Assembly (NCBI RefSeq): GCF_037042905.1
Contig: NC_087245.1
Location: forward strand, 21,082,001 to 21,146,000
Origin: Lytechinus pictus
Taxonomy: Eukaryota
Direction of reading: 5' to 3'
Length of the DNA stretch: 64,000 bases
The notes under the pieces: generated by a model
Seen by the model: only the letters and a program-made list of their open reading frames with translations
The model's database searches: none
What the model was told of the DNA's origin: nothing
Made by a program: the position numbers and the translations under genes
Shown: piece after piece, positions 47,271-60,677 of the stretch
Numbering within the stretch: the first letter of the stretch is position 1
How the letters are laid out: each line of letters begins with the position of its first letter

Positions 47271-50200
47271 AATTCTGCCAATCTTCCTTCATTTTACACC
47301 ATTTCAACATTTAAAAGCATGACTGATATTAAAATGTCCTAAATTTAATCATACAGTATAATAATTGTCATATTTTTCATTTTAATAAATAATATAATGG
47401 ATCATTTAATCATCATTGTATATTTCGCACCATTTTTTCTTTCTCTTTTGTTGTTTTTCTTCCTTTTTTTTTTGGGGGGGGGAGCAGTAGCCTGAGCAGA
47501 TGGGAAATATTTGCAAATAAATGCACCTTTTTTTGTACATGTACAATTGTGTTTCAGTGAACTTCAATGAACACTGCATTTTTGGTTAATACGAAGAAAT
47601 ATGCTTTCTTCTATTTTTCGTTTTTTGGGGAGGGGGTTCGTTTTAATCACCATCATAAAGGAACCAAATTTTTTTGTTTTGCGTATGCATCCATCACTTC
47701 TTTCCACACAATTTTGAGAGAAAAAGCTATTGCATTCAGAATGACAAGATATATGCGAATCTAGATCTAACAGGTCGAACCCTCAAGATAGGCTTGTCCA
47801 GAGGAAGTGCAGTGCACTTAATTTCCCACAATGCGCCACCAATCACCACAATACAATGCATGTTCCCTAGAAGTGAAGTGCAATATCAAATTTCTGAGAC
47901 GACACCCAATAAAATTCACAAAACTCCTTCCAGAATGGATTTCTTCAGCCAGAAGAAAATTATTGGAATTTCAGAAGAAGCACCAAATAAATATTTCCAC
48001 AGCTCGTTCCAGGCTAAATGAAGGAATCCATGCTTTAGGCAAAAGGTCAATGACAACTCTAACAATCATCGAGAGAGAATGTCAAATTTCACAGACGGCA
48101 ACAAATAGAAATTCCTAAAGTCATTCCAGACTGGATGTTGGAAACCGTTGAAACAATCTACTAGAAGAAGTCCTCTAATCAATACAACCCTTATCTTCAA
48201 ACATACGTACTGGCTAGAAGTGCCCCTTCGTCCCTGCCACAATAACAGATCCATGTGAAAATCCTGCTGAGGCTCTTCAAGGTACAACAAAACTCTTTAA
48301 CTGAATACCATACCATGGTAAAGTCTTGAAGAATCATTAGCTCTGACCCCAGGCCTTGAGGGCGATGGCACCGAGTATGGATGCTGATGAGGCTCTTCAA
48401 GGAATTAGGAGCATCTTGCATTGATCACCATGGTCAGAACTCTCGGGTCTCGAAGAGTCGTCCTACCCTGGCTCCTTCCCATAGGCCATGCCACAATCCT
48501 TTATGACCACAGTAGGTAAAGCCTGACCAATTTTTCAGGTATGTCCAAATAGGAACTCTGGTTTGGACCGAATAAAGTTTTCAAAACACAGGAGATAACG
48601 TAAATTTTAGACAACCTGATCATCCAAATCAGATAGGCCAAGTCCCATCAAATGCCTTCCCAAATACAGCAACCCTAAATGCAATTCTCATTCACACAGG
48701 AAATAATGTACAGAGGAAAATCTACCAGGCAATGCAATGACTGAATAAACATGGAAAGAATGGAAAATGGAGAATTCAGAAGATTGACAATCTTGGGGGA
48801 TCACTGCCCCACCCACAGACTGAAACGTGGATGAATTCCAGATGGTAATAAGCTTAGATAGCAAGAGACATGCAGATCAGAGTGCAGTAATGTCTACCAA
48901 ATGATACCATGATTATTATCATTTGGACCACCTTGTAAGGCATCATGTATTAGTAAAACAAAGGCACAGACCCCTCATAAGAAATCACCATTTAAAATGT
49001 CTAACTTGCATGATGTAGTGAAGACCACTGGATACCAACATCTAGGTTGAAAAGAACACCATCCCTCTTCGTCAGAGATTACTTGAGGATTATCACAACA
49101 TTGCCAGATTTTCAAACACCAAATGCAAAAATGTCGCATGCAATTGAAACATTACTCCAGAAGTAAGCAGCGCTCTCTTCAAACATACATCAACAGTTCA
49201 TCTCTTCTCTCCTTTGGAGTGCAAACCGGTTCTTGATCGACCTTGATCACTGCCACCAAGCCCCAAAGCCGTCTAGGCTAAACTGCTCCGTCAAACAATT
49301 TAACAAACATGCAAAAGGTCCAATACAAAACATCAATAAGAGTCAACTAGAGACACCACAGTGGACAAGCAAATAGCACTTGCTGAAAATATGGAAATCA
49401 AATTTGACATTGCACTTCTACAACTAGATTCCATGCTAACTTGTATTGCAGTGTTTGAAGGAATATTTTTGTCTTTACACATTGTGGAAAAAACATTGAA
49501 GCACACAATCCTCATAAATATGGGTTAAACTTTTTATCCAGAGTTGAGGATAAAAGGTGTTTTTTTTAATAGTTTTTGGCAGACTAACCGATATTGAAAA
49601 GCCACCTTCATCACAATATCATTGTCATCCAACACAGGTCTGGCTAAATCTCTCGCATTATGTGTTTACATGATGGATACACACTAGGCATTTTCCCAAA
49701 CATTTAGGTTCATGGTGAAAAGGGAATAGGACCAAACACTTTTTAAAAAGTAACTCAAATTAGTCTGTCCGAAAAATTAATATGTACAGAAATAAGGAAT
49801 ATATTTATTGCAAAATATTCTCACTGCTCTATCATGGCTCTGCAATTAATTATTTTAAATGAGATCAAAGTCTGTAAATATATTCAAATTTCCTTTTAAA
49901 TTATTGTTTTTGTCTTACTAGCACATTATCATATCAGTCATGGCAGATAAACTGTTGCAACAGTGTGAAACAAAGATGAATTTAGAGCAGCAGCTACAGC
50001 AGATAGTACAGAAAGGTATATAAAGAAAGACGACCATCAATGGATCAACAGACAATGCAAGTATTGTATTGTAGAAGAGTTTTTTGAAATCCCTACAAAT
50101 TTTTCAAAATTTCATTTGGGAATGTTAATGTTTTGATAGATTTTCATGAAAAGGATATCATTCCAAAGATTAAACAAAATGTTATGAATTTAAAAAAATG

Positions 50201-50289
50201 CAATAGTGGCAAAAAGTGGATAAAAAGCCCCAAATGGGTAAAATTGCTGCCTAATTTTCCCAAACCAATTAGTGCCCTCAGTACTAATT

Positions 50290-50596
50290 GCTGGAAAAAA
50301 ACCGATTGCATTGTCCCACATACTCTAGGCTACACAAAACATCATAGAAATCAGAAATAAAGCACTTACATTACAGAGGTTGTATACCATGCACAACGGT
50401 GTCCAGTGCCCCTCTCTGTACACTGAAAAATAGATCTCTTGGTAGTGATGTCACATATTGTGTGATTCTGTCAGGAAGATCACAGCTCAAACCAGACCGG
50501 AAGCCATGTTTGTGAGGTTCAGGGCCTACCACCATCAATCAATGAGGTCAACTGCTCTGGTCCTCCCACTTGAACGAATCTCCTTGGCTGCCGGTC
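50290..50596 (-). repeat. Right member of the diverged inverted repeat pair (partner 46705-47006)
   Basis: See 46705-47006. Confidence 0.85.
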
Positions 50597-50669
50597 TTAC
50601 ATTTTATTTTCAAGAGAGAAAAATGAGATTGTGAATACAAAGCAAGTATATAGTACAGACAATCGTACA

Positions 50670-52530
50670 TTACATATGTGAGGGCAGGTCCAAGCTATCT
50701 GACATGACATTAGGGACAGTGATTTTCAATTTTTTAAAAAATTGCATTTTCTGTTTCTGGAAACCTGTAACTCTGTTTAACATACTTGATCTAAAATGGA
50801 AATTCAATTTTGTTATAGAAATGTACACAGCAAATACATTAATTCCATTTTTCAAAAGTAAATTCAATGAAATTTTACCATGAAAAACAAAGAACCACAA
50901 CAGATTTAGGGTTTTGAATAACCGGTAAACAGAATATCACTGTCCCTAGAACATGTGACATAAGAGACAAATCAAATTGTATGTGGAAAATAACAGATCA
51001 TCATATCGATTGGATCAGAATCAGAGGATATGCTGTACTACATACATGTATTAATGAGACTGCAGTGCAAATTATCATTTGCGTATTAATAATCACTTGT
51101 GTAAGCATGACTTGTAGTCACTTTTAACTATTTGTAAAACACTTCCCAGACTTGCTTTGCTAGTTTCATAACCTTTGCATTAATTCAAAATTATCTGATA
51201 TAATAAGGGGGGAAAAACCCTGAACTGGAACCATACATTGTGAATGTATATTAGTGGGACTATGCAAAATTTGACAGAAACAGAAGGGATTCTCGACTGC
51301 AGACAGTAAAATTTATGTCTCTGCTATTGCCAGATGTAGTATACGTATAAATTTTAATATTTTGAATTAATAACATCTGTAACCTTTGACCCCTGACCTT
51401 ATGACCCTAAAATCTGATAAAGATCATCCTCTCATAGATACATACATGAGTCTTTGATTGGCAACTTTCTCTCAAACAGTTCGCTGGAAAGCAAGAACAA
51501 TGTATAAAATGACCTCTGTTCTTTGTTCTCAAGACCCCAACAATTATAGTTATTGCAAGAACAAGATATTACTGTTTATAATGAACCATGTGACCTTTGA
51601 ACCTCATGACCCTAATATCTATTCAGATCATTGTCACTTCCATACATGTATGCATACATGTACTTGAGTAAAGTTTAAAGTTGAATCCTTAAAAAGGTTT
51701 ATCGCGAGAAAAAGATACTAGAAAGTCAAAAAGGGGCCTAAGCTTTCGATCCTAGCAGAATCTTCGTCGGAAAAAGATAGAAAAAAAGAAAAAAAGATAC
51801 TTTAAGGTATACCGTGACCTCTATGAACGTTGACCTCCAGACCCCAAAATATAGGAAGATCATTGCCTTTCCAATAAAGGTAAATTATCAACTGAATTCG
51901 CAGTCGATCTCGAATACAGTTTTTCAATTATCTCGAGAATGAGATATTTGAATGTATATATGTACATTTGTGTATCTCTGTGACCATGGACCTTTGTTTT
52001 TCGACTTGTTTTGAGGTTTTTTTCCGCATGAAATTAGTTGATTTACATTGATAGATTTTGACAAGAAACAGGATTTGCAATTGATTTGTACATACAAAAA
52101 TCATGCTTTTGACCAATTTTGCATCTTGCATGCCTTAATACAAAATGTAAAAAACAAACTTTGGACCCACATATCCAGGCATACAAAATTCATTATTAAA
52201 AGATGAGCAAGATTTAATACTTGGGAGATGTCGTTGCAAATCCATTTGCATTTTTGACTTATTTACCCTAAAACACCCCACCCCCATCCTCTTTACCCCT
52301 CCCCCCCCCCTGACTAGTTCTACGACAAGTAGATCCAGGGTAAAAAACCAAAGATAAAACTCATAAGGGAAAAACTCTGGAAAACCTTTGGATCCACTTT
52401 TGCAGAAAAGTCAGCACAATTTTAACAAATACAAACTTCATCAAGATAAAGTTGTTAATTATTTCAACTACTACAACTATCAGCAAAGAAACAATAGCTT
52501 GGACCTGCTCCGTGGAGCTACATAAAAGTC
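50670..52530. mobile_element. Helentron/DINE-like (HINE) non-autonomous element, tentative
   Basis: Perfect 15-nt inverted repeat gcaggtccaagctat (50684-50698) / atagcttggacctgc (52494-52508); internal tgacctttgacc-type repeats at 51380-51850. Confidence 0.5.
50711..50948. mobile_element. hAT-like MITE
   Basis: TIR tagggacagtgat / atcactgtcccta. Confidence 0.8.
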
Positions 52531-54957
52531 ATCATAAAGTCAGATTTACCCCCCCTTATTAAGGCTTGAGCATATTCTAGACAGTCATTGGAGTACATAT
52601 TCCACATAGCCGAACACATAACATCAAACATCATCTACACTGTATACTAGTAAAAAATTGATCTGAACAGGCCCAGTTATAATAGGGCTAAGGTTAACAC
52701 CAGACATAGAGTGTAGATAATGACTGGTGTCGAGAGCAATCCCTGTAAACTTTCTCCATCATGAAATATGAGGAAAATTAGTAACACAAGATGGAGGTTG
52801 TATATGGAAGAGTTTGGTGCCAAATCCGTTCTTATGTTGATCATACTTCAGGCAAAGACCAGTTACATCAGACATCCCTGGTAGATGAAGACTTGAAGAT
52901 TGGTGGCATGTCCTTGTCTCTGGTAGACCCTCTCTCTTTCTGATTTTCGCTTGGAAGATGGTTGACACCAGATAGCTGGTGATTCCATGTTTGACATGAC
53001 TGCAGTTGTAAAGTGAAAGAACAAAATATCTTTAAAAAAAATAAATAATCACACTGTGACCCACGTACATGGGATATAAATAAAAGTGTGCATTTGAACA
53101 AACGAACTACCAGTATATGCTTTTCCTTTCCTTTTTTTGTAATTGTGATATTTACAGTCTTTTAAACATGCAGCCTTGATGTGTGTCAGAAAACTTTTTT
53201 CAGACATGTCCTCATTCTGCTTCCACATCGGTTTGGAAGTAGATATGGTTTCTGTAATCCATGGTGGGAGTTGATAGCAGTGATGCTATCTGGTTATGTC
53301 CACATATAACCCTTCCCCTTCTACACTGTACACAAAGAAATTTGTAAATATTTGTCTGTGTGGTACAAATGTGTCATGATTTCTGTGTTAAAGGCAATAA
53401 ATAATAGATATCAAAAATATCTCTGGATATCTTGTGTGATATCATATTTCAGCATTGCATTTGAATCAAACAGCAGAATTGGACCAAAATACCAAGTGCT
53501 ACAAAATTAATATATCTGAATCGTTACAGACATTACACTTCAAGTAAAATGGAAATAAGTTTGAAATGGTTACTTTTCCTCCCCAAATCCGCAAATGGGA
53601 CCACGACTTTATCATAACATAAAAATAAAAACCTAAAATTAATTTTATGGTGAATATATATATACACATTTTTATAGATTTGTTGCCCAAAGAGTTGTGA
53701 TTAATGCATGGTAATCAAGTCTAATTGCAGTATAGCACGAAGCACCAATCGTCACCAGATCAAATAAAACCCCATCTTAACAGACACTTTTCTAACTGCC
53801 CTGCCCTGACAAAGGCAGGATTAAAAAAAATCACCCTTTCCTATTAGACACTCCTAGTGAGGAAATGGAAGAAGTCAGTAAGGATTTTGCCAAATTTTGG
53901 CCTGCTATGACAAGGGTCGAAGGGGGGTAGAATCACAACTCCACCCCGTCATAGCTGTGACAGATGTTCTGTTCAGACACTTTCGGGTGCAGTCTGTCAG
54001 AAGAGCTCCACATTGCGCAATGACTAGTCTTATTTCATATGCGCGTCTTTATGTTACGTCTTTACTAAATATGGTTCTGGTCATTATGGACTTCATTCTC
54101 TTTTTTTACAGTAAACTAAATAGTCAATTTCCATTTCAAAGATCTAAAAGCTTTGATACTTGGTCAAAGTATGCTCTAATAAAATTGTTTTTGTACCCTC
54201 ATAAATAAAAGTTGTAGGCTAGTCGAATGGAGGTACCCAATCAATCATGCCTGTAAACTATCTGCATTTGTGCATGTAATTTTGGACTCTTATTGGAGGA
54301 ATGATAGCTGCAAGTGACTGCCATTCCCAGACCCAGAATAGCTGTATGGATTCCAGGGAAGGTCTTTTAGACGGGGCTCCAAACTGTGATTTTGTAACCC
54401 TCTTCATCCCCTTTTGGGCAGGGCTTGGTTTATTAAGATGGGGGTCTAAGGTGCATGCTCTTGACTTACGTTCAACGGATGGTAAAACAGCCTTAATGTT
54501 CTCCTTAGCCTCTGTTGAAAAGTTGATAGGTCCTTTATGTTTGGCAAGATGACAAGGAGGTCAGCATCCCTTCGTCCCTCTTCTAGCCTGCATTCTCTCC
54601 CTTGTTATGATGGCTAAAGCTAAAATGACATAACATAAAGAGTATAAAGTGAAATGATCAATGTTAATATGCCAAGTGATCACTTGTATCAAACACTTTC
54701 GCAAGATTTATTCACTAAAAATAACAGCAAGAATGCTTCTTAGACATCCTGCCATCAGAATTGAACTTGTGTAACTGACACATGATTGTACAAATTAGAG
54801 AACTAATGTTGCAAAGAGATATGATCATAAGTTCTTAATATTCCAATACAATATTGCCGGTTCAAGCCTTGTACACGGACCTAGCACTGAACTTGTAGAA
54901 ATAATCCTTCTAGCAGCTTGTCATAAACCCAAACATAAATACCTGTGCAATGATAAT

Positions 54958-55660
54958 CAGGGCGCGACAAAACCGCTTGCCCAGGGCAAGTGAAAATGAT
55001 GTGCGGGCAAGCATTTCTCAAAGTCAATTGCCCAATCGGGCAAGTGGTTGTTATGAAAATGAAAACAATATTACAGTAAATTTTCATAATTTTTCGATAA
55101 ATTGCAATTATCTGCCAATTATCTCTCATACAAAATGTCATACCAGTAAAAAAACAGTGGAAACATGTCAAATCAGCGCCAATTTACCGACAATTTATCA
55201 CCAACGGTCCCGTTCGATGGGGGCTGCCATCTTACTTTTTAAACTATACTGTGCGCATGCGCTACTAATCGACGAAGGAGCTAGCTGGGGAAACCCCTCT
55301 CTGGCCCTCTCAGCGCATGCTCTAATACATCGGCGCTACAGTATATGTACGTACGTAGACGAGCGATCGCGAGCCAGCCGACTCTTGAGCTAGATCGCGC
55401 TGAATGCATGCAAGCTTCGGACTGACTCGGCCAGGACTCAATTTCAACTTCAAACCAAATAAACAATGAGTCGTCAGACTAAAATAGGCGACTTTTGTCA
55501 TCGCGATCAGCACCAGAACAACTTGAACAAGAGTCAAGAAAAAGAAATGCCGAGGCCAGCGCCAGTAAATCAAGTTCAACCAGGACAGAAAAGAATAATT
55601 AAGAGCAAAAGAATTTTTGAAAAAAATTGGGCAAGCAGTTTTTTCTATCGGGCAAGCAAA
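54958..55660. mobile_element. Truncated hAT-like element
   Basis: Left end cagggcgcgacaaaa; gggcaag/ttgccc subterminal repeats at both sides; right TIR missing. Confidence 0.6.
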
Positions 55661-55777
55661 ATTTTTTTTTTATTTACATTGAAACAGTACTAGTAGTGAA
55701 TAACAAGAGAGAGAATCTTCAGCAACCCAACAGGAAGGAGGAGGCAGCAGTCTGATGATGGGTAGATCAGCCTTCTT

Positions 55778-55910
55778 GGTGCCGTAACACAAAGGTTGGC
55801 AATTAAACATACGCTTGATTTTCATGACTGATTGTACATTATAGTCAACAATGCAATCAATTGTATAAAAATGTTCTTTGATGACTGCTAAGCTTTATGT
55901 TACTGGCCCC
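55778..55910. mobile_element. Harbinger-like MITE, second copy of the 12775-12903 family
   Basis: ccgtaacacaaaggtt...acgcttgattttcatg..tgattgtacatt.tagtca...aaaaatgttct...gctaa.cttt.tgttac.ggcccc. Confidence 0.85.
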
Positions 55911-56466
55911 TGGAAGGTGGGCACTGTCAGCAGTATTACTGTGGCAGTTTACAAGTGATCCACAGCCCTCTTTATACATCATATTGCAGTAATCCTAGTG
56001 ATACTTAAGGTGTTTTCTACACTTGAAAGATAGGGAGTTCTTTAGGTCCCCTCCAAGATCCTGGTTGCACATCGCTGCCGATCACAACTACAAATCGACC
56101 AGCGTGTCACCAATGATGTAATCTACAAAATTGTACATTTCATTATTCCAAAATTTTCTTGGTCTCCATGAATCGCCTCTGCATTTTCAGAGTGTATTCC
56201 ACAAAGCAGCAAAATTATCCTATACCGGGATCCCATACAATAAGGTATAAATCTTGCGATTAAATATGGTACATTACAAAAATGAGTTCAAGGATGTACA
56301 GTATATGTATAGCCAATAGCGAGTGTGTATGCAAGTCATGTCTTCATGCTTTAATTTTACGCAATCTCCTAGCTGTGCAGTTTTTGTGCAGCACTGTGCA
56401 TTTTGGGGGCATCACTTCACCCATAGCACATAAAAACTGAGACGCTATCTGAAATATGTGTTCTTT

Positions 56467-56861
56467 CAGGGTTCCCAGCTTTTCATAAGAACAAAATTCC
56501 ATGATTTTTCCCTGATGAAATTTAAAAATTCCCTGATAATTATTTCAACCCCATTTCCAGTTTTGCATGTTTTTAAGTTGTTGCAGTGAATTACATGCAT
56601 TTTCAGTATAAAAACAATAATGTAAAACTAATTAGTACCACCATAACCAGTCATTCAATGGATGTCGTTTTGATATGCAACAATATACAACAGAGTCTGA
56701 CTGACTACCGTGCTTTCGACTTTTGGGCTGATCAGAATTCCCTAATTTTTCCCTCATTTTGAGGCATTTTCCCTGATTTGAGGTATTTTTCATCAACTTC
56801 CCTGATTTTTCCCTGACTGGAAAAACGTAAAATAATTTTCCCTGATGGGCTGGGAACCCCG
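56467..56861. mobile_element. hAT-like element with 5-nt TSD (TCTTT)
   Basis: Ends cagggttcccagc / gctgggaaccccg; TCTTT at 56462-56466 and 56862-56866; many ttccctga subterminal repeats. Confidence 0.85.
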
Positions 56862-57178
56862 TCTTTCAAAGGGCTAAGGCAAGGATTGTGATTTGCTTAC
56901 TTAGGCATGCATACTCGATGAGCCTGTGACGTCATAATAGAAAGCAGATGTGATCTCTTCATCCGTGCAATCCTCAAAAGTTTTGAGACTTGAAAAACCT
57001 TTCCACAACAAATTTTTACTGCCGGCCCGTTTTATAAAACAAATAATGCATATTTATAAATTTGTAATGTTTGTGACAATGCAGGCATCTCGGTATACAT
57101 TCGCAATAACATGCAAAAGCACTCGGCGCAATATGCTCTGATATTGCACAGACAAATCATACACACATGGCATCTTAA

Positions 57179-57768
57179 AGGGATGCTCCAGGCGGAAGAT
57201 ATTCATATCAAAATAAAAAGAGTGAAATTCATAGAGAAAAATGCTGAAAATTTCATCAAAATCAGAGAACAAATAACGAAGTTATTGAATTTTAAAGATT
57301 AGCATTATTCCGGTGAAACTAGGTGAAACAGTTCTAGGCATGTCTTCATGAATATTCATTAGGTGGGCTGATGATATCATATCCCCACTTGTTTTTTTGT
57401 ATTTTATTATATGAAATTAGGTTTATTCAAAATTTCTCTACCAAGAACTAAAACAATTGGATTGACAACTTATTAAGTGCATTAGTTATTTCTTGCTGCA
57501 ACTTATTTCATAATAATGGAGACACATCATTTACACATTTCTGAAAAATGAAACAATTTTCGATTTCATGTAATGACATAAGAAAAAGGAAAGTGGGGAT
57601 GTGACATCATTAGCCCACCTAATGAATATTCATGATAATGTGCATAATAACTGTTTAAAATTCAATAACTTTATTTGTTATCTGATTTTTATGAAATTTT
57701 TAGCATTTTGCTCTGTAAATTTTACTATATTTATTTAGATATGAATATTTTCAGCCCGGAGCATCCCT
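57179..57768. mobile_element. Kolobok-like non-autonomous element
   Basis: TTAA then agggatgctcc...ggagcatccct; long imperfect TIRs; right-hand TTAA degenerate (tgca). Confidence 0.8.
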
Positions 57769-58443
57769 TGCATCGCTAAACTGCCCTAATATTACATCTA
57801 TCATTAATACTGCACAACTTACCACTGGTTCTGATGTCTAATTTCTAGGAATTATCTTGACGTCTGACCCGACTTTGTTGAGTTTATCCTCCACCTTTAA
57901 CAAAGACTTCTTTTTAATCTAGCTCCATATTCAGTGCTCCCTGTTGAACCACTTCTGCCAGATGAACCTGTTACGGTTTTGCTCTCACGGAAAGAAATCC
58001 CAGTCTCTGCTTGCTGCAGATAGAAACGTAAATAGAAAATAACTTTAAGATAAAAATTGTGTACTCGGTTATAAATTTGAAAAATGGAATCATCTCAAAG
58101 TGATTATGAAATCATATTCAAAATGCAGGTAAGATCTCGTGTTTGCTGTGTAGCAAAAATTATCAAAATGATAATAGTCAGGCAGCATTGGTCATTTACT
58201 TTGACAAATTTGCCAAGTTTGATTTTTCACTTAAAATCATGTGTTCAGGGACATCATAAGGAACAACTTTCAACTTGGTGTGAAAATTCTAATGGTCATC
58301 TTGACCATTTGAGGAGTCAAAATTGAGTCAATTGGGGTCAAATTTTGAAAATGGCCCTGGTTGTGTGATTCGTCACATTGTTTGTCTTGTTATAATGAAA
58401 AAGTGTACAGCATCATATACCCTTGGCCTCCTGTTATGACATT

Positions 58444-58683
58444 GGGTGATTTCAAGTTACGTGTTGACCTATTGGTGTTGGTGTTAGGTCAATTTTTACA
58501 CGAGTATAACACCAAACATAAAATGAAGATGGTCCTGAAAAGTCACTCACTAGTTTTTGAGATGTCAATAATGTGATCTGGATCACTTTTACAAACTCAG
58601 AATAGATTTTGGAGATAGGGGAAGCAGTCCAAATTCCAACACCAATACCAACACCAATGCCAACACTGGACTTAGAATCACCC
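58444..58683. mobile_element. MITE with ATT TSD
   Basis: gggtgatttcaagt..gtgttg / caacac..acttagaatcaccc; ATT on both sides; ccaaca repeats. Confidence 0.75.
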
Positions 58684-59296
58684 ATTATTAGTGGAAAGGT
58701 CAAAAGGTCAACAAACTGTCATTAAAATACAATAAAAACAAGGTATTGTTAGTGTTTAGAAAGATTATTTTGGTGTTTTCTCTTCACTCTCCACTTTTTT
58801 TAGTATTCCATTATAATAGGTACATCCAGTAGATAGGGTTCAAGACAAAGCCATGGGGGGGGGGGGGGGTAAAGTGAGTTCTTATAGGAAAAACATAAAC
58901 ATTAACGGTTACTTGTACTCCAAGGTTTCAATGACTATTCTTTCTGGCAACATCCCAGCAACTTGGAAGAAACAGTGTAAGAGAATAAGAGATGATGAAA
59001 TGGGGCTTGAAATGATTCATTGTCCGCAAATGGAGGTGAGGTGGAATTAATTACTTACCATTCTCTGACGCTGAAATTTCTTCACAACATCCTGAAGACA
59101 TTCTCTGCAACATCCTCGCTGTTACACCACCACTTCTGATCCCTGGCAGATAGTAACAAAAATATTATTATCGTTATTATTATCATTCTTTGTGTAAAAT
59201 ATAGAAGTTAACAAGTGGATAACATTGAAGAAGAAAGAATCACACAAAAGATGACATCCATACTACATGTATAAAAAGATTCCCACAAGTAAGGCA

Positions 59297-59998
59297 AACT
59301 AGAAGTTACCTCAACCACGAAGGTCATCTATTCCAGCATGCTGATGCAGCACCAATGGGAGATCAAACTTAGAACAAATTTAGAAAATTAATCTTGCATG
59401 TCTTTACCCCAACATGAATATTTTTGCCAACTTTCATGAGCACTGGCTAAAAACTAGGGAAGTAGTGTGATCCACAATAAGTTTTTCAGATTTTTTTTTT
59501 TTACATAGTTATAATGGCAACACATTTTCTGACAAATGCAAAAAAACGTGTCTTGCACATCTTTAGCTCAAGACCTATGTGCGTGCCAAATATCATGGGC
59601 ATAGGTCATAAATTGATGACATAATTCAATCCACATGATGTTTACACATTGCTGTAATATGCTGTTACCATGGAAATGCAGTTTCCAACACATGGAGAAA
59701 AATGTCTTGCCCATCTTGTGAACCAAATATCATCAGAATTGGTTGAAAACTGATGAGGTAGTTCACACTGCAAGATTTTTACCTAATTTTTGGCATAATC
59801 ACCACATGTGGCAACAAAATTTCCCACAAATGCAAAAAAAAAAATGTGTCTTGCACATCTTTTAACCAAGTCCGATCTGTGTTCCAAATTTCATGGAAAT
59901 TGGATAAAAACTGAGGAAGTGGTTTGACCCACAAGATGTGTGATGGACAGCTCGACCATATGCTGATTCCTTCAAACTTCGATTGGCAGGTAATAAAA
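59297..59998. mobile_element. HINE/Helentron-like element with internal repeats of about 150 nt, tentative
   Basis: Starts aactag, ends taataaaaaa; tgtcttgc.catctt recurs near 59550, 59703 and 59847. Confidence 0.5.
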
Positions 59999-60183
59999 AA
60001 CTATATAACATAGTATATCCAGAAATCACTACCATCTTCCCTGACTAACCAGATTTGAGATATTAAATTTTTTATTGAAATATTTAGCCAAAAAAATAAA
60101 GAAGACAAAAGACACATAATTATGTAAATAAATATTTATAGATCCATATTAAATTATTGAAGCTGTATACTACATATACCGTC

Positions 60184-60420
60184 CACTGACAAAAAGGAAG
60201 CAACTCTTTAAAAATAAAAAAATTCTTCAAAATTTACTTTCCTTGATTAGAATATTTTAAGAATATTTTAAAAATTGTCAATGATCTGAAGTCACATACA
60301 CGTATGGCCCAATTTCTGAAATGTATACATTTAAAGAGCAAGGAGCTCTATTTTAACAATGACACATTTTTATCATTTACTAAGAAACAAATTCCACAGA
60401 GTTGCTTCCTTTTGTCAGTG
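60184..60420. mobile_element. Small CACTG...CAGTG TIR element
   Basis: cactgacaaaaaggaagcaactct / agagttgcttccttttgtcagtg; no clear TSD. Confidence 0.75.
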
Positions 60421-60677
60421 GTGACAGTTCATGCATATACATGTATCATGAATATTTGCACCTTGTGAATAAGATAAAATTACGCTTTATATGAAGTGAG
60501 TGCCATGATATTAGCATCATGATTGCCAGACTTGCCAGTCCACCTAAAAATGTATTATATCTTAATACGAGAATATTTTATTATCAAATGAACAAAAATG
60601 GTTTTGAGTTGATAACGCTAATAATCAAAAGTGTGTTGTTCATCACAATACTCCAATGATCGCAGTTACCCCCTATA

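Noticed and set aside
50369..50422. Minus-strand mini exon (ttttcag ... gtaagt)
   Set aside because: Lies inside the dispersed inverted repeat, and the partner copy lacks both splice signals (aag, gcaggt); probably fortuitous
54950..55693. Overlapping 61-147 aa ORFs and an NRF1-like tgcgcatgcgc palindrome
   Set aside because: All lie within a hAT-like non-autonomous element; no recognisable domain and no evidence of promoter function
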